From an uncultured delta proteobacterium (lineage in GTDB: Bacteria > Myxococcota_A > Polyangia > Fen-1088), in assembly GCA_963796685.1 (NCBI GenBank), contig CAWCMR010000022.1:176457-240456 (forward strand): a stretch of DNA of 64,000 nucleotides. The letters run 5' to 3'. The position numbers and the translations under genes are program-made. Positions 22,221 through 33,301 of this stretch are shown one piece after another. Positions within the stretch are counted from its first letter, which is position 1, and the number at the start of each line of letters is the position of its first letter. The notes below the pieces were generated by a model. The model saw nothing but the letters and a program-made list of their open reading frames with translations. It did no database searches and was not told the DNA's origin.

Positions 22221-23369
22221 CTAGGGGCACTCGGTCGGCGCGCCAGCGTCGGGGTGGCGGGCTCGCACCGGCATCGGGTCGTAGGGGGCGAACGCTTGAC
22301 GGGAAGAGCGTCGCTTGTTCATGGCCAAGAGCTCGCCGGGGCGATAGGCCAGCTCGCTGCCTTTGGGGAAGGCCTCGCGGATGATCGACAAGATGGTCGC
22401 GCGGGCCATGGCACCGTAGTCGGTTGTCGACTCCGACTCCTCCATGCACTCGTCCCAGATGGCGAAGACGAGCTCCCGGCGCTCGGCCGCGGACAGATCC
22501 GCGCGCGCGGCGACGCGTCTCACCTTGGTCGACAAAGAGAACAGCTCCTGTTTCTGCCGCTCGCCCTGGTAGCGCCGGGCCATGCACAACCGCTGCTCTC
22601 GAGTCTCTTCGGCCATCCTGCTCTTGACGGCCGCGTAGGGATCCTGGCCGGCGAGCTTCATGACCTGATCCGTGACGTCGAAGTGTCCCGACAGGCCCAC
22701 GCCCACGCCGGACCCCACGGCCTGGAAAGGCGAGTTGTCCAGGACGATGCCCTTGGAATCGTGGAAGCGAATGCTGCCGTCCTCGGCGACGTTGGCGGTC
22801 ACGCCCGCGCCTCCGTGAATCACCTTGGGCAGCTCGCTGGGCCGCGTCTCATCCTTCGCCACGGGCGGGGCGAGCAGGTCGCGCGGTTTCTCCGCGGGCG
22901 GGGGGAATTCCATCGGCCCGTTCAGATCGGGATGCGCCGGCTGGAAGGTGGCCAATCCATCGGATTGGCCATGCGATGAAGCACCCGGGGTCCGCACAGA
23001 GCCACCGCTGCTCGGCGCGGGAGCTTGCGTGGCTTCGGCCGCGCCTTTCGCCGTGCCCTCGTGAACAAGCTCGGTCTTTACTCGCGACCGGGACGCGGAC
23101 GGTGGCGACGACCGGAGTGAAGGAATCGTGGCCGGTTGCCGGGTCACGGTCGGGACCGCGGGCTCGAAACTATCTACGGCGATCTCCACCGTCTCGGCAG
23201 GCGGCGTGCGAAGAGTCCGGCTCTTCGCAGGCGCCCGCGAAACGAGCAGCCAGGCCAGCATCGCGTGGGCGGCAAGCGACCCGAGCAGAGCCCAGTGCAC
23301 GCGGGCAGCGGGCGGTCGCTTGCCCACGGCTTTCGCAGGTTCGGCGGGTTGCACGGAGCGCCACCCCAT
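22221..23369 (-). CDS. Hypothetical membrane-anchored protein with Pro/Ser-rich linker
   Basis: TonB-like N-terminal anchor (SLAAHAMLAWLLV), low-complexity linker, globular C-terminus. Confidence 0.6.
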   Translation of the reverse strand: MGWRSVQPAEPAKAVGKRPPAARVHWALLGSLAAHAMLAWLLVSRAPAKSRTLRTPPAETVEIAVDSFEPAVPTVTRQPATIPSLRSSPPSASRSRVKTELVHEGTAKGAAEATQAPAPSSGGSVRTPGASSHGQSDGLATFQPAHPDLNGPMEFPPPAEKPRDLLAPPVAKDETRPSELPKVIHGGAGVTANVAEDGSIRFHDSKGIVLDNSPFQAVGSGVGVGLSGHFDVTDQVMKLAGQDPYAAVKSRMAEETREQRLCMARRYQGERQKQELFSLSTKVRRVAARADLSAAERRELVFAIWDECMEESESTTDYGAMARATILSIIREAFPKGSELAYRPGELLAMNKRRSSRQAFAPYDPMPVRARHPDAGAPTECP

Positions 23370-23415
23370 GATGACGATTCTCTAGCACGAAGAGACGCGG
23401 GATACCTCACCTCCG

Positions 23416-23709
23416 TCATCGCTGCCGCAGCAGTCGTCTCAACCTGGCTCCGAGTCGAAGCAGCAGGACGAGCCCGATCACCAACAGCACGCTGCCCGCG
23501 ATGACCAGGACCCACCATCGTCTCGGATCGCAATCCAGGTCGGGATTGTTGAGGCAAAGGGCCAAGTCCTCCCGGCCTGCGTGGAGGAGAAACCGCCGCT
23601 GGGCCAACCCGGAGTAGCCGAGGGCCGCGCCCAGGGCGGCGGTGCCGAACGCAAGAAGGGATAGAATGGCGTAAGCAACGATCTTCTTGCGGGCTCGATA
23701 GGGGTTCAT
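23416..23709 (-). CDS. Small two-TM hypothetical protein
   Basis: GGAGG RBS, two hydrophobic helices. Confidence 0.55.
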   Translation of the reverse strand: MNPYRARKKIVAYAILSLLAFGTAALGAALGYSGLAQRRFLLHAGREDLALCLNNPDLDCDPRRWWVLVIAGSVLLVIGLVLLLRLGARLRRLLRQR

Positions 23710-23913
23710 GGTGGTGCACCTCCGAGCATAGTACGAAACCAACCGCGGACGCCGCCCGCAAGACGCAGCCCATGGCCCCGGCAAGATCCCTGGCCGGAGG
23801 ATCGTCGGCGAAGCTGGAATTTCCGCAGGGGACACCTCAAAATTGTGAGGGCCGAGACTCCCTAAGCCCGCCCACACCCAGGAAAACGGGGAAAGAGGAG
23901 AGCAGACATCGGC

Positions 23914-23929
23914 TGGCCCAGGTCTTGCT
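23914..23929 (+). promoter_or_regulatory. Sigma54 promoter candidate TGGCCCAGGTCTTGCT
   Basis: GG-N10-GC spacing, upstream of the GAGGAG RBS and ATG 23954. Confidence 0.55.
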
Positions 23930-23953
23930 CTATGCCGGCACCGAGGAGCTAGC

Positions 23954-26856
23954 ATGACAAGACGAGTCGGATGGTTCGTTCATTCCGTTGCCCTTCTGGG
24001 CGCGGGCACCCTTATGGTTGTCGGCTGTGGCGGAGACAGCCCGGGTGGTGGCGCCGGTACCGGTGCAGGCGGAACGGGTGGCGGCGCGGGCAGCGGTGGC
24101 GCGGGCGCCGACAGCGATGCCGGCAGCATCGACGCAACGGTCACGCCTCCACAAGACCTTACCGCGTACACGCTCAGCTACCGCAGCCAAGTGCGGGTCC
24201 CGGCGTCCGGAACGGTCTTGAGCTACGACGACTTCGCCGCCCAGGTCAGTCGCTTGGATCCGCTCGCAGCCATGCGCTGTCCGGTCAGCAACGCCGCCGA
24301 ATTCCAGACCGCGGTCGACGCCTTGGGCGGGATCAACTGGACCCACCCGGTCTCCATCTTGAAGGATCTGAGTCAGCCGCCTCTCTATCAAGGGCAGATT
24401 CCTCCCCCCCGCAACTACCCCATGACGGCCGGGGCGACGGACTCCGCGGGCTCGTCGGCGCCGACCATCGTGAGGCCCGACCTCATCGGGTATCAAGACA
24501 GCACGGCGATCTTCCTCTCCCAGCGGCACGGCCTGCTCGCGGTCAATACCGCGGGATCCAAACCCGTGTTGAGCTGCGCGCTCAAGTTGCCCGGGAGCTC
24601 CCAAGTACTTCTTCTACCAGGGCAAGGAGATCGTCCTGCTCGTCAATGGCGTGGCCTCGGGCACGTCCGGGTACGAGGCCGCGCTCCTCCGTTTCCGTGT
24701 CAATGCAACCGGTTTCGACTTCCTGGACGCGGTCATGCTGGACAACCAGCAGATCCAGGATGCGCGCCTGTTCGACAACACCCTGGTCGTCTACGCAACC
24801 CTGTACAGCCAGCCTGTCGTCGCCGCGACCACCAACCCCGATGGAGGTGCGGTCGCCGCCGTACCGGTCACCGGCGGCACCGGAGTCGGCTCTACCGGCG
24901 TCAGCGCCACCGGCGTGAAGGTGACCGTCGTCAACTGGGGAGCGCAGCTCGCCTTGGCCTGGCAAGAAGAGCTCCTCAACGACCACGTCAGCTCCGATCC
25001 CCTGGCTGGCCAGGACTTCGTCCAGGCCGTGAGCCAATTGACACCGGGCCAGGTGGTGTCCACCTACAAGAGCTACAAACCGTTCATCAGCGCCAGCGAC
25101 AGCTACTTCGTGGTCAGCCGCGACGTCAGCAAGACCGTCTTTACCGGCACCCAGTCCCAGACTTACACCTACTGTTCCGCCAGTCACCCCGGCCCCGATC
25201 ACACCGTCAAGTACTGCTATCCCAATTACGAGCAGCGGCCCAATCCCGACTACAAGGATCCGCAAAGCACCAAGGGCGACTACCCGTGCAACGGCAAGTC
25301 GCTGCTCGATTGCATCCAGGAGGCAGCCCCCGTGGTGAGCAAGTACATCTACGTTCGTGTCGGGGAAACCTGCAACAGCTACACGTACCACGACTACATT
25401 TGCGACAGCACCGAGACCAAGACGGTGTCGTACCCGACCTACCGGACCGATCAGTCCACCCAGTTCGTGGTGTGGCGCTATACCAGCGGGGATTTCGTCA
25501 AGCTGGACCAGCAGCTCTTCGAGATGGCGTCGCCGGGAACCACCACCGGCAGCGTGCCCTCGTTGACCTTCACCGGCGCGCCGCTGGAGGTCAGCGGGAC
25601 CATCGACAGCAAGAACGACCTGCAGTTCCAGCACGGGCAGTTCTACGTGCTCACCAACCAGGGGCAGGCGCTGCACACGCTGCTCATCGCGGGCAACTCC
25701 ATCGCCGAGCTGGGCGCGCAGGACACGCCCCGGCAGATCGGCAACTATTCCTATTCCGGTTCGCACTCGACCCTCTTCTCCGACACCCGGATGATGGTTT
25801 CGCGCGCCTACTACGACTCCACGGCACCCAAGGGGATCACCAACTGGTCGGACGTCATCATGATGGATCTGAGCACGCCGTCGTTCCCGACCCAGCTCAA
25901 CCACTTCGAGATGCCGGGGGCCAGTGTCCAGCTCGATTCTGGCGGGAGCCGGCATCCTCGGCCCGGGCACCGTGAGCTTCACCAGCAGCGGGGTTGCGCG
26001 CAACCTGCAGAAGATCACCCTGTTCAGTCAGGACAATGCCAGCGAGGTGGACAACGTCCTGCTCGGCACCGAGTACAATGCGGACTTCACGCAGACCTGG
26101 CTTGGCACTTCGGACGATCAGCGCATCCGCCTCGACTGGGGTAGCCAACGACTGTTCATGCCCTATGCCGGCTATCTGAATACGCCCCAGGCTTCCTTCA
26201 ACCCCCCGGCGCACCGCCTCAACATCACGGCGGTGGGCGTGGGCACGGGGCTCTCGTCCGAGATGACCTTCGACCCTGTCGAGGACATCGTGCGAACGGT
26301 TTCCATCGATTCGTCGCCGACCGGCGGAAGCGCGCTGGCCTTCGGCGACTCGTCAATCTATGCCTTCAATCAAGACGCGCAGGGCTGGTCCATGGACGTG
26401 CTGGAGGAATACGCCACCCCCTTCGCCGTGTATCGCATCGATGACACCGGCGACATTCACGCCCGCGTCGACCGCATCGGCTCGCGCTGTCTCATTTCGA
26501 CCTTCAGCGGGAGCCTCCATGCCTTCGCCCCGACGCCCCTGGCTTCGGGTCCGACCCTCGCATGCCCGGAGTCCGAGTCGCCGATGGCCATCGGGCTCGA
26601 CATCGTCTTCTCCAGCTCATCGACCGGTTGGCGTCTGAGTCAAGACGGTACCTCCATCACCGCCATGACTGCCGACGAGGTCAAGGAGGCGCTCACCCAT
26701 GTGCGCAACGACGTGTATTGCGCGCTCGACGGAACGAAGACGGACGGCACGCCGGTCCCCTACCTGGACGCCGTGCCTGCGAGCGTCTGGTGCTACCCCA
26801 TGCAGACCGGCGGTGGCGGCGTTGCGTTGCCGGGTGGAACCATGACCGCGCCGTAG
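23954..26856 (+). CDS. Large beta-propeller-like lipoprotein split by two frameshifts (about 24595 and about 25930)
   Basis: Lipobox VVGC and Gly-rich linker; three consecutive frames with coherent composition (23954-, 24651-, 25924-). Confidence 0.65.
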
Positions 26857-26898
26857 GCGCGAGCCTTGGCAGCACGACTGCGCCTCGTGAGGCGATGG

Positions 26899-28437
26899 CT
26901 ACCCGCGCGGGCCGCTGTACTCGAGCCGCCCGCGCTCCAGAACCAGCACGTTCGTCACGCTGGCGGGGATTTCCTCGGGGTCGTGGGTCACGTAGATCAT
27001 GGCGGCGCCGAGCGCTGCGACGGCCGCGGCCATGGCAACGGCCAGGGTAGCCCGACCCGCGGCATCGAGGCCTTGGCAGGGCTCGTCGAACAACAGCAGG
27101 GACGGCGCGTGGACCGCGGCTCGGGCCAGCAAGGCCAGACGGCGCGCCTCGGGGGCCAGGTCGGCCAAGAGGGAGTCGGCGTCCGCGCGCAACCCGAGGT
27201 GCTCCAGCCAGGTCCGCGCGAGGAGCGTTTGCTCGGGCGTGCTGCTCGCGTGCACCCCGAGCGAGCTGGCGAATCCCGACAGCACGACGTCGAAGGTTCG
27301 CGCATGCGCCGGATAGTAGGTCTCGAGCTCGGGCGACACCCAACCCATCCACGACTTCTGATCCCAGATGCTGCGCCCAGGACCGAGCCTCTGCCCGGCG
27401 ACGCGCACGTCGTTGGCATAGACCTGGGGATTGTCGGCCAAGAGCAAGCTGAGCAAGGTGGACTTGCCGCTGCCGTTGGGGCCGAGCAGCGCCCAGTGCT
27501 CGCCCTGGTCCACGCGCAGGGTGATGCCGTCGAGTAGGGTGACGGCACCGTGCCGGACGGTCACGTCTGTCATCTCCAAAATGGGAATGTCTTTCGGCAA
27601 CTGCCGCGTCTCGACCCTGGGGATGGAGAAGGTGGGCTTCGCGGTCCGTCGTGGAGGCGGTTCTTCGCGAGGTGCCTCGACACCTCGAATGGCGCCGGCT
27701 TCCACGCGCAGCACATGGGTGATGCCGGGGGGCAGATCGCCTTCCCGCTCGGTCGCCAGAACCACGCCCATTCGTTCAGCATCGAGCTCGTCGAGGATCT
27801 CCAGCAGGCGATGCCGACTGTGCTCGTCCAGGCCGGCGCTGGGATCGTCGATGAACAGCAGACGCGGTCGACGCAAGAGGGCTCGTGCCAGAACGAAGCG
27901 GTGCAATTCGCCGTTCGACAACGCCACCACCGGGCGACCGAGCAGGGGCGCGAGCTCGAGGCGTGCGATCTCCCGCTGCCGCGCTCGCTCGAAGTCGGGC
28001 GCGCCTGCATCGTCCAGCACGGCGAAGGGATTGCGCTGCTCGACGTGGGCGCGCATGAGCAGGTCGGACACGGTGGCGGTACCCCACGACAGGGAGCCGT
28101 GCCAGCGGTATTGGTGGAACTCCCGCGCCAGCAGCCACTGCCGGTGCTCCGTCATCGAGGCCAGGGCCATACTTCCGGGCGGCAGCACGCCGAACACGGA
28201 ATCCGCGAAGCGCGGATCGCCTTCGAGAAAAGGGTGTCGCAATCGCCCCGCGAGCAGCCCCAGCTTGCCCATGAGCCCGCCCACGAGCAAGCCCTTGCCG
28301 CTGCCGTTGGGACCGAGGATCGCCCAACGCTCGCCAGGCCGGATGGTGAGCGTGCAACCGGCGAAGATGGGCCCTCGCGGCCCGCGAAAGGTCGCGTCTT
28401 CTGTCTGCACGTAGGCTGGTGGTCGGTGGGCAGTCAC
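26899..28437 (-). CDS. ModF-like ABC ATPase with two ABC domains
   Basis: GPNGSGKG and GPNGSGKS, LSNGE, LLFDEPCQGLD, YVTHD. Confidence 0.85.
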   Translation of the reverse strand: MTAHRPPAYVQTEDATFRGPRGPIFAGCTLTIRPGERWAILGPNGSGKGLLVGGLMGKLGLLAGRLRHPFLEGDPRFADSVFGVLPPGSMALASMTEHRQWLLAREFHQYRWHGSLSWGTATVSDLLMRAHVEQRNPFAVLDDAGAPDFERARQREIARLELAPLLGRPVVALSNGELHRFVLARALLRRPRLLFIDDPSAGLDEHSRHRLLEILDELDAERMGVVLATEREGDLPPGITHVLRVEAGAIRGVEAPREEPPPRRTAKPTFSIPRVETRQLPKDIPILEMTDVTVRHGAVTLLDGITLRVDQGEHWALLGPNGSGKSTLLSLLLADNPQVYANDVRVAGQRLGPGRSIWDQKSWMGWVSPELETYYPAHARTFDVVLSGFASSLGVHASSTPEQTLLARTWLEHLGLRADADSLLADLAPEARRLALLARAAVHAPSLLLFDEPCQGLDAAGRATLAVAMAAAVAALGAAMIYVTHDPEEIPASVTNVLVLERGRLEYSGPRG

Positions 28438-28440
28438 GGG

Positions 28441-29037
28441 ATGCGCGGACGCAGTCTACCCCGCACGCGCGACTGGTTGGCGGCCCTCGCCCGGGTGGGG
28501 GCCCAGCTGGTCATGCACGGCTACACCCATCGCATGGCGGGCCGCAGCCTTTCGCCGCGCGGTCTCGTGTGGGCGCACGGTTTCGCGCGCGGCCAGGGCG
28601 AATTTTTCCGCTGCGACGCCGACGAGACCAAGGCACGCCTCGACCGCGCAAGCGCCATCCTCGAACGCGCAGGGTTCGCCGCAGCAACGAGGAGCTTCGT
28701 GCCCCCCGCCTGGCAGCTGTCGTCCGAGGCGCGCGATGTGGTCCGCGGCGCGGGGTACGAGTTCTACGAAATACTGGGTGGCATCGTGACCAAGCAAGGG
28801 GTGCATGCGCGGCGCCTGATCGGCTGGGGGGCGCTGAGCCGCATCGAGGCGCACGCTACTTCGTGGTGGGCCGCGCTCCAGCGCCGCCGTCGGCCGACTG
28901 ACACACGCCTTGCCATTCACCCGGCCGACCTGGCCAGACAGGTCACCACGGATTCGATCCGCGCGTGCCTGCAACAGCTTCTGCCCTGCACGGCGCCGTG
29001 CACCTACCGCGCCTTCTTGGCCGATCGCGAACCGTAA
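28441..29037 (+). pseudogene. DUF2334/polysaccharide deacetylase-like protein, probably 5'-truncated
   Basis: MHGYTH, GEF, FVPPAW, RLAIHPAD; N-terminal HDV motif missing; only 3 bp from the divergent gene start. Confidence 0.55.
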
Positions 29038-29049
29038 CGGCGGTCGCGC

Positions 29050-29247
29050 ATGCGCCTGGCGCGGTGGGTGTGGAACAACCCCGACGCCTTTGCCTACAAC
29101 CGCAAGTTTCGCGTGCAGGATCTGAAGGGCTCGTGCGCGGGGTGTGAATTTGGCGATGTGTGCCGCGGCGGCTGCACGTGGACCTCGGTGGCGCACGCGG
29201 GCCACCCGCACGAATTCCCGCACTGCTACTACAAGGTCGCGGGCTAG
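29050..29247 (+). pseudogene. Orphan SPASM-domain tail of a radical SAM protein
   Basis: CAGCEFGDVCRGGC...C with no radical SAM core upstream. Confidence 0.7.
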
Positions 29248-31733
29248 CCCTTCGTCTTCTTCTTTTTCGGCTCGCCGTTGTCGGCTTTGACTTCGTCCAT
29301 GGTGGTGCGCAGGGTGCCACCGGTGTCGTTGGCCCGCACGCCGAGCGGGCGCTCCCAGGGGATGTCCTCGAGCGGCTGGCCGGCGGTGACCTCGTAGAGG
29401 TAGCGCGCGGTCATGGGCACGGTGAGCATGTAGGCGGCGTCCTTGAAGCCGAGCGGGCGCTCGCGGCGGTCGTCGCCGATCCAGGCCGTGGTCATCCAGC
29501 GCGAGGTGTAGCCGATGAACCACGTATCCATGGTCGCGCTCGATGTGCCGGTCTTGCCGCCCACCAGCAGGCCCGAGCTGCGCAGGGCGGGGGCGTGGCC
29601 CTTGGTCACTACGTGGCGCAGAAGCTGCGAGGTCAGCCAGGCGGTGCGCGGCGGGATGACGTCCTTACTGCGCACGCCCGCCAGGGCCACCATGCGATCG
29701 AGGCGCTCGTCCGGGGCGCCCATGGGATCGGATACGGCGGTGTTGTCTTCCAGCACTTGGCCGCCGCGATCGCGCACCCGTCGGATGGAGACCGGCTCGG
29801 ACAGCGAACCGTTGCGGGCGAAGGCCGAAAAGGCGCGGGTCAGCTCGTCGACGCGCGTGCACGAAGCGCCGAGAGCAAGCGCCTGATCGGGGATGATGGG
29901 GGTGGTGATGCCGAGACGGCGCGCCCAGGCCTCGACGTCCTTGCCGCCCACCAGCTTGAAGAGCTGCACCGACGGGACGTTCTTCGACCAGATGAGCGCG
30001 TACTCCAGGGTCACCTGGTATTCGACGGTGTTGTTGAGGTTCTGCGGTACCCAGACCTCGCCGGTGATGGGGTCGACCTCGGCCCGCGGGGTATCGTTGA
30101 GCAGCGAGGCGTAGCCGTAGCCGCGATCGAGGGCCAGCGAGTAGTAGACGGGCTTGTAGGTCGAGCCGGGCTGGCGGCAGGCCTGCACCACGCGGTTGAA
30201 TTCCGAGCGGTCGAAGTCCAGGCCGCCGACCATGGCCACCACGTAGCCGGTTTGATGGTCGTAGGAATAAAGCGCGCCTTGAACCTTGGGCGTTTGCTCG
30301 AGTTGCAAGGCCACGGGACCGGACGGCGGCTTGCGCTCGTAGGCCGGGAGCCAATGCACCTCGCCCGCGTCGTCGTAGGTCCAGTCGGAGAAGCGGCGCA
30401 GATGCGAGCGATGCATGGGCGTCACCCACACCACGTCGCCTGGGTGAAGCACGCCATTGGTGCTGGTCAGGGTCTTGCCGTTGGTCGAATCCACCGTGCT
30501 GTACGGAAACGCCCAGTCCATGCCCGCCGAGGGCAGCGGGTAGAGCTTGTCGCCCACGCGCACCTGCGCCTTGCCGCCGCCTGTGCTCTCGACCAGGCCC
30601 AGGTACAGCTCGCCCTCGATGGGCACGGCGTTGCCGTAGCGCGCGCTCTCTCGGCGGCGGAGCTCGTCGGCCATGGGGCCCGCAACGTGCGCGAGCGGGC
30701 CCCGCCAGCCCTGGCGCTTGTCGAGCTTGCGCAAGGAGAAGTCGACGTTTTCCTGCGCCGACTCGTCGATCCACGGCACGAGCGTGGTTTCGATGTCGAG
30801 GCCACCCTCCCAGAGGGCCTTGTCGCCGTAGCGCTTGGCGATGTCCCGCCGCACGTGCTCGGCGAAGTAGGGCGAGCGCTCGCGAAACACATCGGGCGGC
30901 TGGTGAACGGCCAGGGGGCGCGCGCGCAGGTTGTCGGCCGTGGCCTCGTCGATGACGCCCGCGGAGGCCATGGCGGTAAGCACCTGGTCGCGCCGGGCGC
31001 GCGTGAGGTCGGGCGCGAGGAGGGGCGAGTAGCGGCTGGGTGCTTGCACGATGCCGGCGAGGGTGGCCATCTCGTCGAGATCCAGCTCGCTGACCTGCTT
31101 GTTGAAGTAGCGCCGCGCAGCCGCCGCCACGCCGTAGGACTGGTGCCCGAAGAAGACCTGGTTGAGGTACAGCGCCAGGATCTGATTTTTCTCGTACCTC
31201 GCCTCCAGGCGCCGGGCCAGGATGGCCTCGCGAATCTTGCGCTGGATGGTCTGCTCGGACGTGTGCAGAAACGAGCGCGCGACCTGCTGGGTGATGGTCG
31301 AGCCGCCCTGCACCACGTGTCCGGCGCGCAGGTTGGCCACCAGGGCGCGCAGCATGCCGCGGTAGTCGATGCCGCTGTGCTCGTAGAAACGGCGATCCTC
31401 GATGGCGACGAAGGTCTGCAATAGCTCCTTGGGAAAGGCTTCGAGTGGGAGAATCTCGCGCCGCTCGCTGGCCAGCTCGGCCAAGTCCGTGCCGTCCCAG
31501 GCGTGCACGCGCGTCGACTCCGCGGCCTCCAGCCGATAGCGGGCGAAGTCAGGCAGCGACGGCAGGGTGCTGGCGAAGTAGGCGTAAAGGCCGATACCAC
31601 CGAGCAGCCCCAGCCCGACGAGGCACAGGGCCGCGAATGCATAGAATTTGAAGAGCCAGAACCAGAACCCGCCGTCGGAAGGATTGATGACCTCGACGCG
31701 GGCCGCCTCTGGCGAGGTTAGTCGCCAACGCAC
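29244..31733 (-). CDS. mrcA: Penicillin-binding protein 1A (class A)
   Basis: EDRRFYEHSG, QGGSTITQQ, RKIRE, QPGSTYK, SKN, KTGT. Confidence 0.93.
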   Translation of the reverse strand: MRWRLTSPEAARVEVINPSDGGFWFWLFKFYAFAALCLVGLGLLGGIGLYAYFASTLPSLPDFARYRLEAAESTRVHAWDGTDLAELASERREILPLEAFPKELLQTFVAIEDRRFYEHSGIDYRGMLRALVANLRAGHVVQGGSTITQQVARSFLHTSEQTIQRKIREAILARRLEARYEKNQILALYLNQVFFGHQSYGVAAAARRYFNKQVSELDLDEMATLAGIVQAPSRYSPLLAPDLTRARRDQVLTAMASAGVIDEATADNLRARPLAVHQPPDVFRERSPYFAEHVRRDIAKRYGDKALWEGGLDIETTLVPWIDESAQENVDFSLRKLDKRQGWRGPLAHVAGPMADELRRRESARYGNAVPIEGELYLGLVESTGGGKAQVRVGDKLYPLPSAGMDWAFPYSTVDSTNGKTLTSTNGVLHPGDVVWVTPMHRSHLRRFSDWTYDDAGEVHWLPAYERKPPSGPVALQLEQTPKVQGALYSYDHQTGYVVAMVGGLDFDRSEFNRVVQACRQPGSTYKPVYYSLALDRGYGYASLLNDTPRAEVDPITGEVWVPQNLNNTVEYQVTLEYALIWSKNVPSVQLFKLVGGKDVEAWARRLGITTPIIPDQALALGASCTRVDELTRAFSAFARNGSLSEPVSIRRVRDRGGQVLEDNTAVSDPMGAPDERLDRMVALAGVRSKDVIPPRTAWLTSQLLRHVVTKGHAPALRSSGLLVGGKTGTSSATMDTWFIGYTSRWMTTAWIGDDRRERPLGFKDAAYMLTVPMTARYLYEVTAGQPLEDIPWERPLGVRANDTGGTLRTTMDEVKADNGEPKKKKTKG

Positions 31734-31796
31734 GGACCGAATCTAGCACCACAGAGGGCACGGAGAATTGGGAACTTCCCAGGGTTCCGCCAGACC

Positions 31797-31999
31797 GCGC
31801 GAGGCCGAGCGCAGCGAGGGGGAGGTAGGGCGGGTTGGTGGTGCCTCGGGTTTGGGAACCCTTTGAGGGTTCCCATGATCGCGTTGGCGTAGCCGGGCTT
31901 TGCCCGGCAGAGCCATAGCGCGCGAGGCCGAGCGCAGCGAGCGGGGTGGTGGGTGGCGGGTAGGGGCCTCGGGTTTGGGAACCCTTTGAGGGTTCCCAT
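31797..31999. repeat. Two 80-bp direct repeats (31797-31876 and 31920-31999), each ending in the hairpin TGGGAACCCTTTGAGGGTTCCCA
   Basis: Identical ends, variable G-rich middle of equal length. Confidence 0.88.
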
Positions 32000-32000
32000 T

Positions 32001-33272
32001 TCAATAAATCGCGACGCCGGCGGTGAACATCTCGGTCGCAGCCCAGCCGCCGTCGGGTGCGACGTGGGCGGAGGTGTAGTCGGCGCGCGCGGTGAGGGCG
32101 AGGCGTGTGGTGAGGGCCAGCTCGAGGATGAGGCCGCCTCCGAAAGCAGCGCCCTGGCGCGTACCGCCGCTGGCGTCGTCGGCGTATTGCACGCCGCCGT
32201 GCCCGAAACCGCCCAGGTGCAGGCGCCAAACGCTGACCGGAAAGACCTGTGCTTCGAGGGCCAGGGTGTGGCGATAGTACGACTTGCCGTCTGCATCCGA
32301 GCCGCCCGAGAAGGCCCACCCGGCGAGCAGGCCGAAGGCTCGGTGGGGGAAGTAGCCGAGCTGGAGGTTGGTTGCGAAGCCGTTCGCGGAGAAGGTGGAG
32401 GTGGACGAGTGCAGTGCGCCCAGGTCCAACTTGAACGCGAAGCCCTGGCGATCGAGCGGTCGGCGCCCGAGGCGCATGAGGCCCCAGCCCTCGTCGTCCA
32501 TGACCACGGCCTGCGAGGTCGACGACGCGTCGGCCGGCGTGAGCTGGGCCAGCGGAACTTCGCGTTCCTGGCCCCCGGCCTCCTTCAAATGAAGGGGCTG
32601 CCAAGGATACATGGCCACGCTGCCATCGTAGCGCGCGCCCTCGGTGGCGACCATGCCGACGGTGGCCACCAGGGCGGCGGCGATGATCACGGCCGCGAGC
32701 TCGTTCTTGCTGCCACCCCCTCCGCCGAGCTTGCTGCCGCCCGAGCCGGGTGACCGGGGACCATGGGGCGTCGTGGGCGCAGCGCGGCCAGGAACACCAC
32801 CGACGGGACCACGCGGCCCGGGCAGGGCGCGCGGGCCGACGCCGGGTCCCGGATGAGGCCCACCGAGCGGCACGGGCGGGCCGGGCGCGATGAGGATCCC
32901 GACGCCCACACCGACGTGCGAATCCGGACCTTCCTCCAAGTCCCCTTCGGGCGCGTATCCTGCGGGCGGCGGTCCGTAGGCCTGGCCTTGCGGGTACGGC
33001 TGTGGCGGCGGCGGAGGTTGGGTAGGAGGTTGGGTCGTGTCGATGGCTTCGCCTCGACGGTCGCCGATGTCCTGCACAACGTGCACGCGCTGTCCACGCT
33101 GCTCGGGCGGCAACTGCGCCAGACGCGCAAGCTCGGGCTTGGGGATCACGTATTCGTTCGAGAGACACCCGCCGCACGCATAGGACAGGAACGCGGCGAA
33201 GACGAAGACCGTGGGGATCTGCCTGTCATGGCGGAATCCATCGCTGGCGCGGAAAGCGGCTTGCGTTCGCAT
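32001..33272 (-). CDS. Hypothetical exported protein with Pro/Gly-rich region and C-terminal beta-barrel-like domain
   Basis: Lipobox-like YAC/GGC; alternating strands; terminal aromatic residue (AGVAIY). Confidence 0.65.
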   Translation of the reverse strand: MRTQAAFRASDGFRHDRQIPTVFVFAAFLSYACGGCLSNEYVIPKPELARLAQLPPEQRGQRVHVVQDIGDRRGEAIDTTQPPTQPPPPPQPYPQGQAYGPPPAGYAPEGDLEEGPDSHVGVGVGILIAPGPPVPLGGPHPGPGVGPRALPGPRGPVGGVPGRAAPTTPHGPRSPGSGGSKLGGGGGSKNELAAVIIAAALVATVGMVATEGARYDGSVAMYPWQPLHLKEAGGQEREVPLAQLTPADASSTSQAVVMDDEGWGLMRLGRRPLDRQGFAFKLDLGALHSSTSTFSANGFATNLQLGYFPHRAFGLLAGWAFSGGSDADGKSYYRHTLALEAQVFPVSVWRLHLGGFGHGGVQYADDASGGTRQGAAFGGGLILELALTTRLALTARADYTSAHVAPDGGWAATEMFTAGVAIY

Positions 33273-33285
33273 GCCGCCTGACGGT

Positions 33286-33301
33286 AGCAGTTTTCGTGCC
33301 G
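33286..33301 (-). promoter_or_regulatory. Sigma54 promoter candidate CGGCACGAAAACTGCT
   Basis: GG-N10-GC, 13 bp upstream of ATG 33272. Confidence 0.55.

Noticed and set aside
31797-31999. CRISPR array
   Set aside because: Only two units, bipartite conservation, no cas genes
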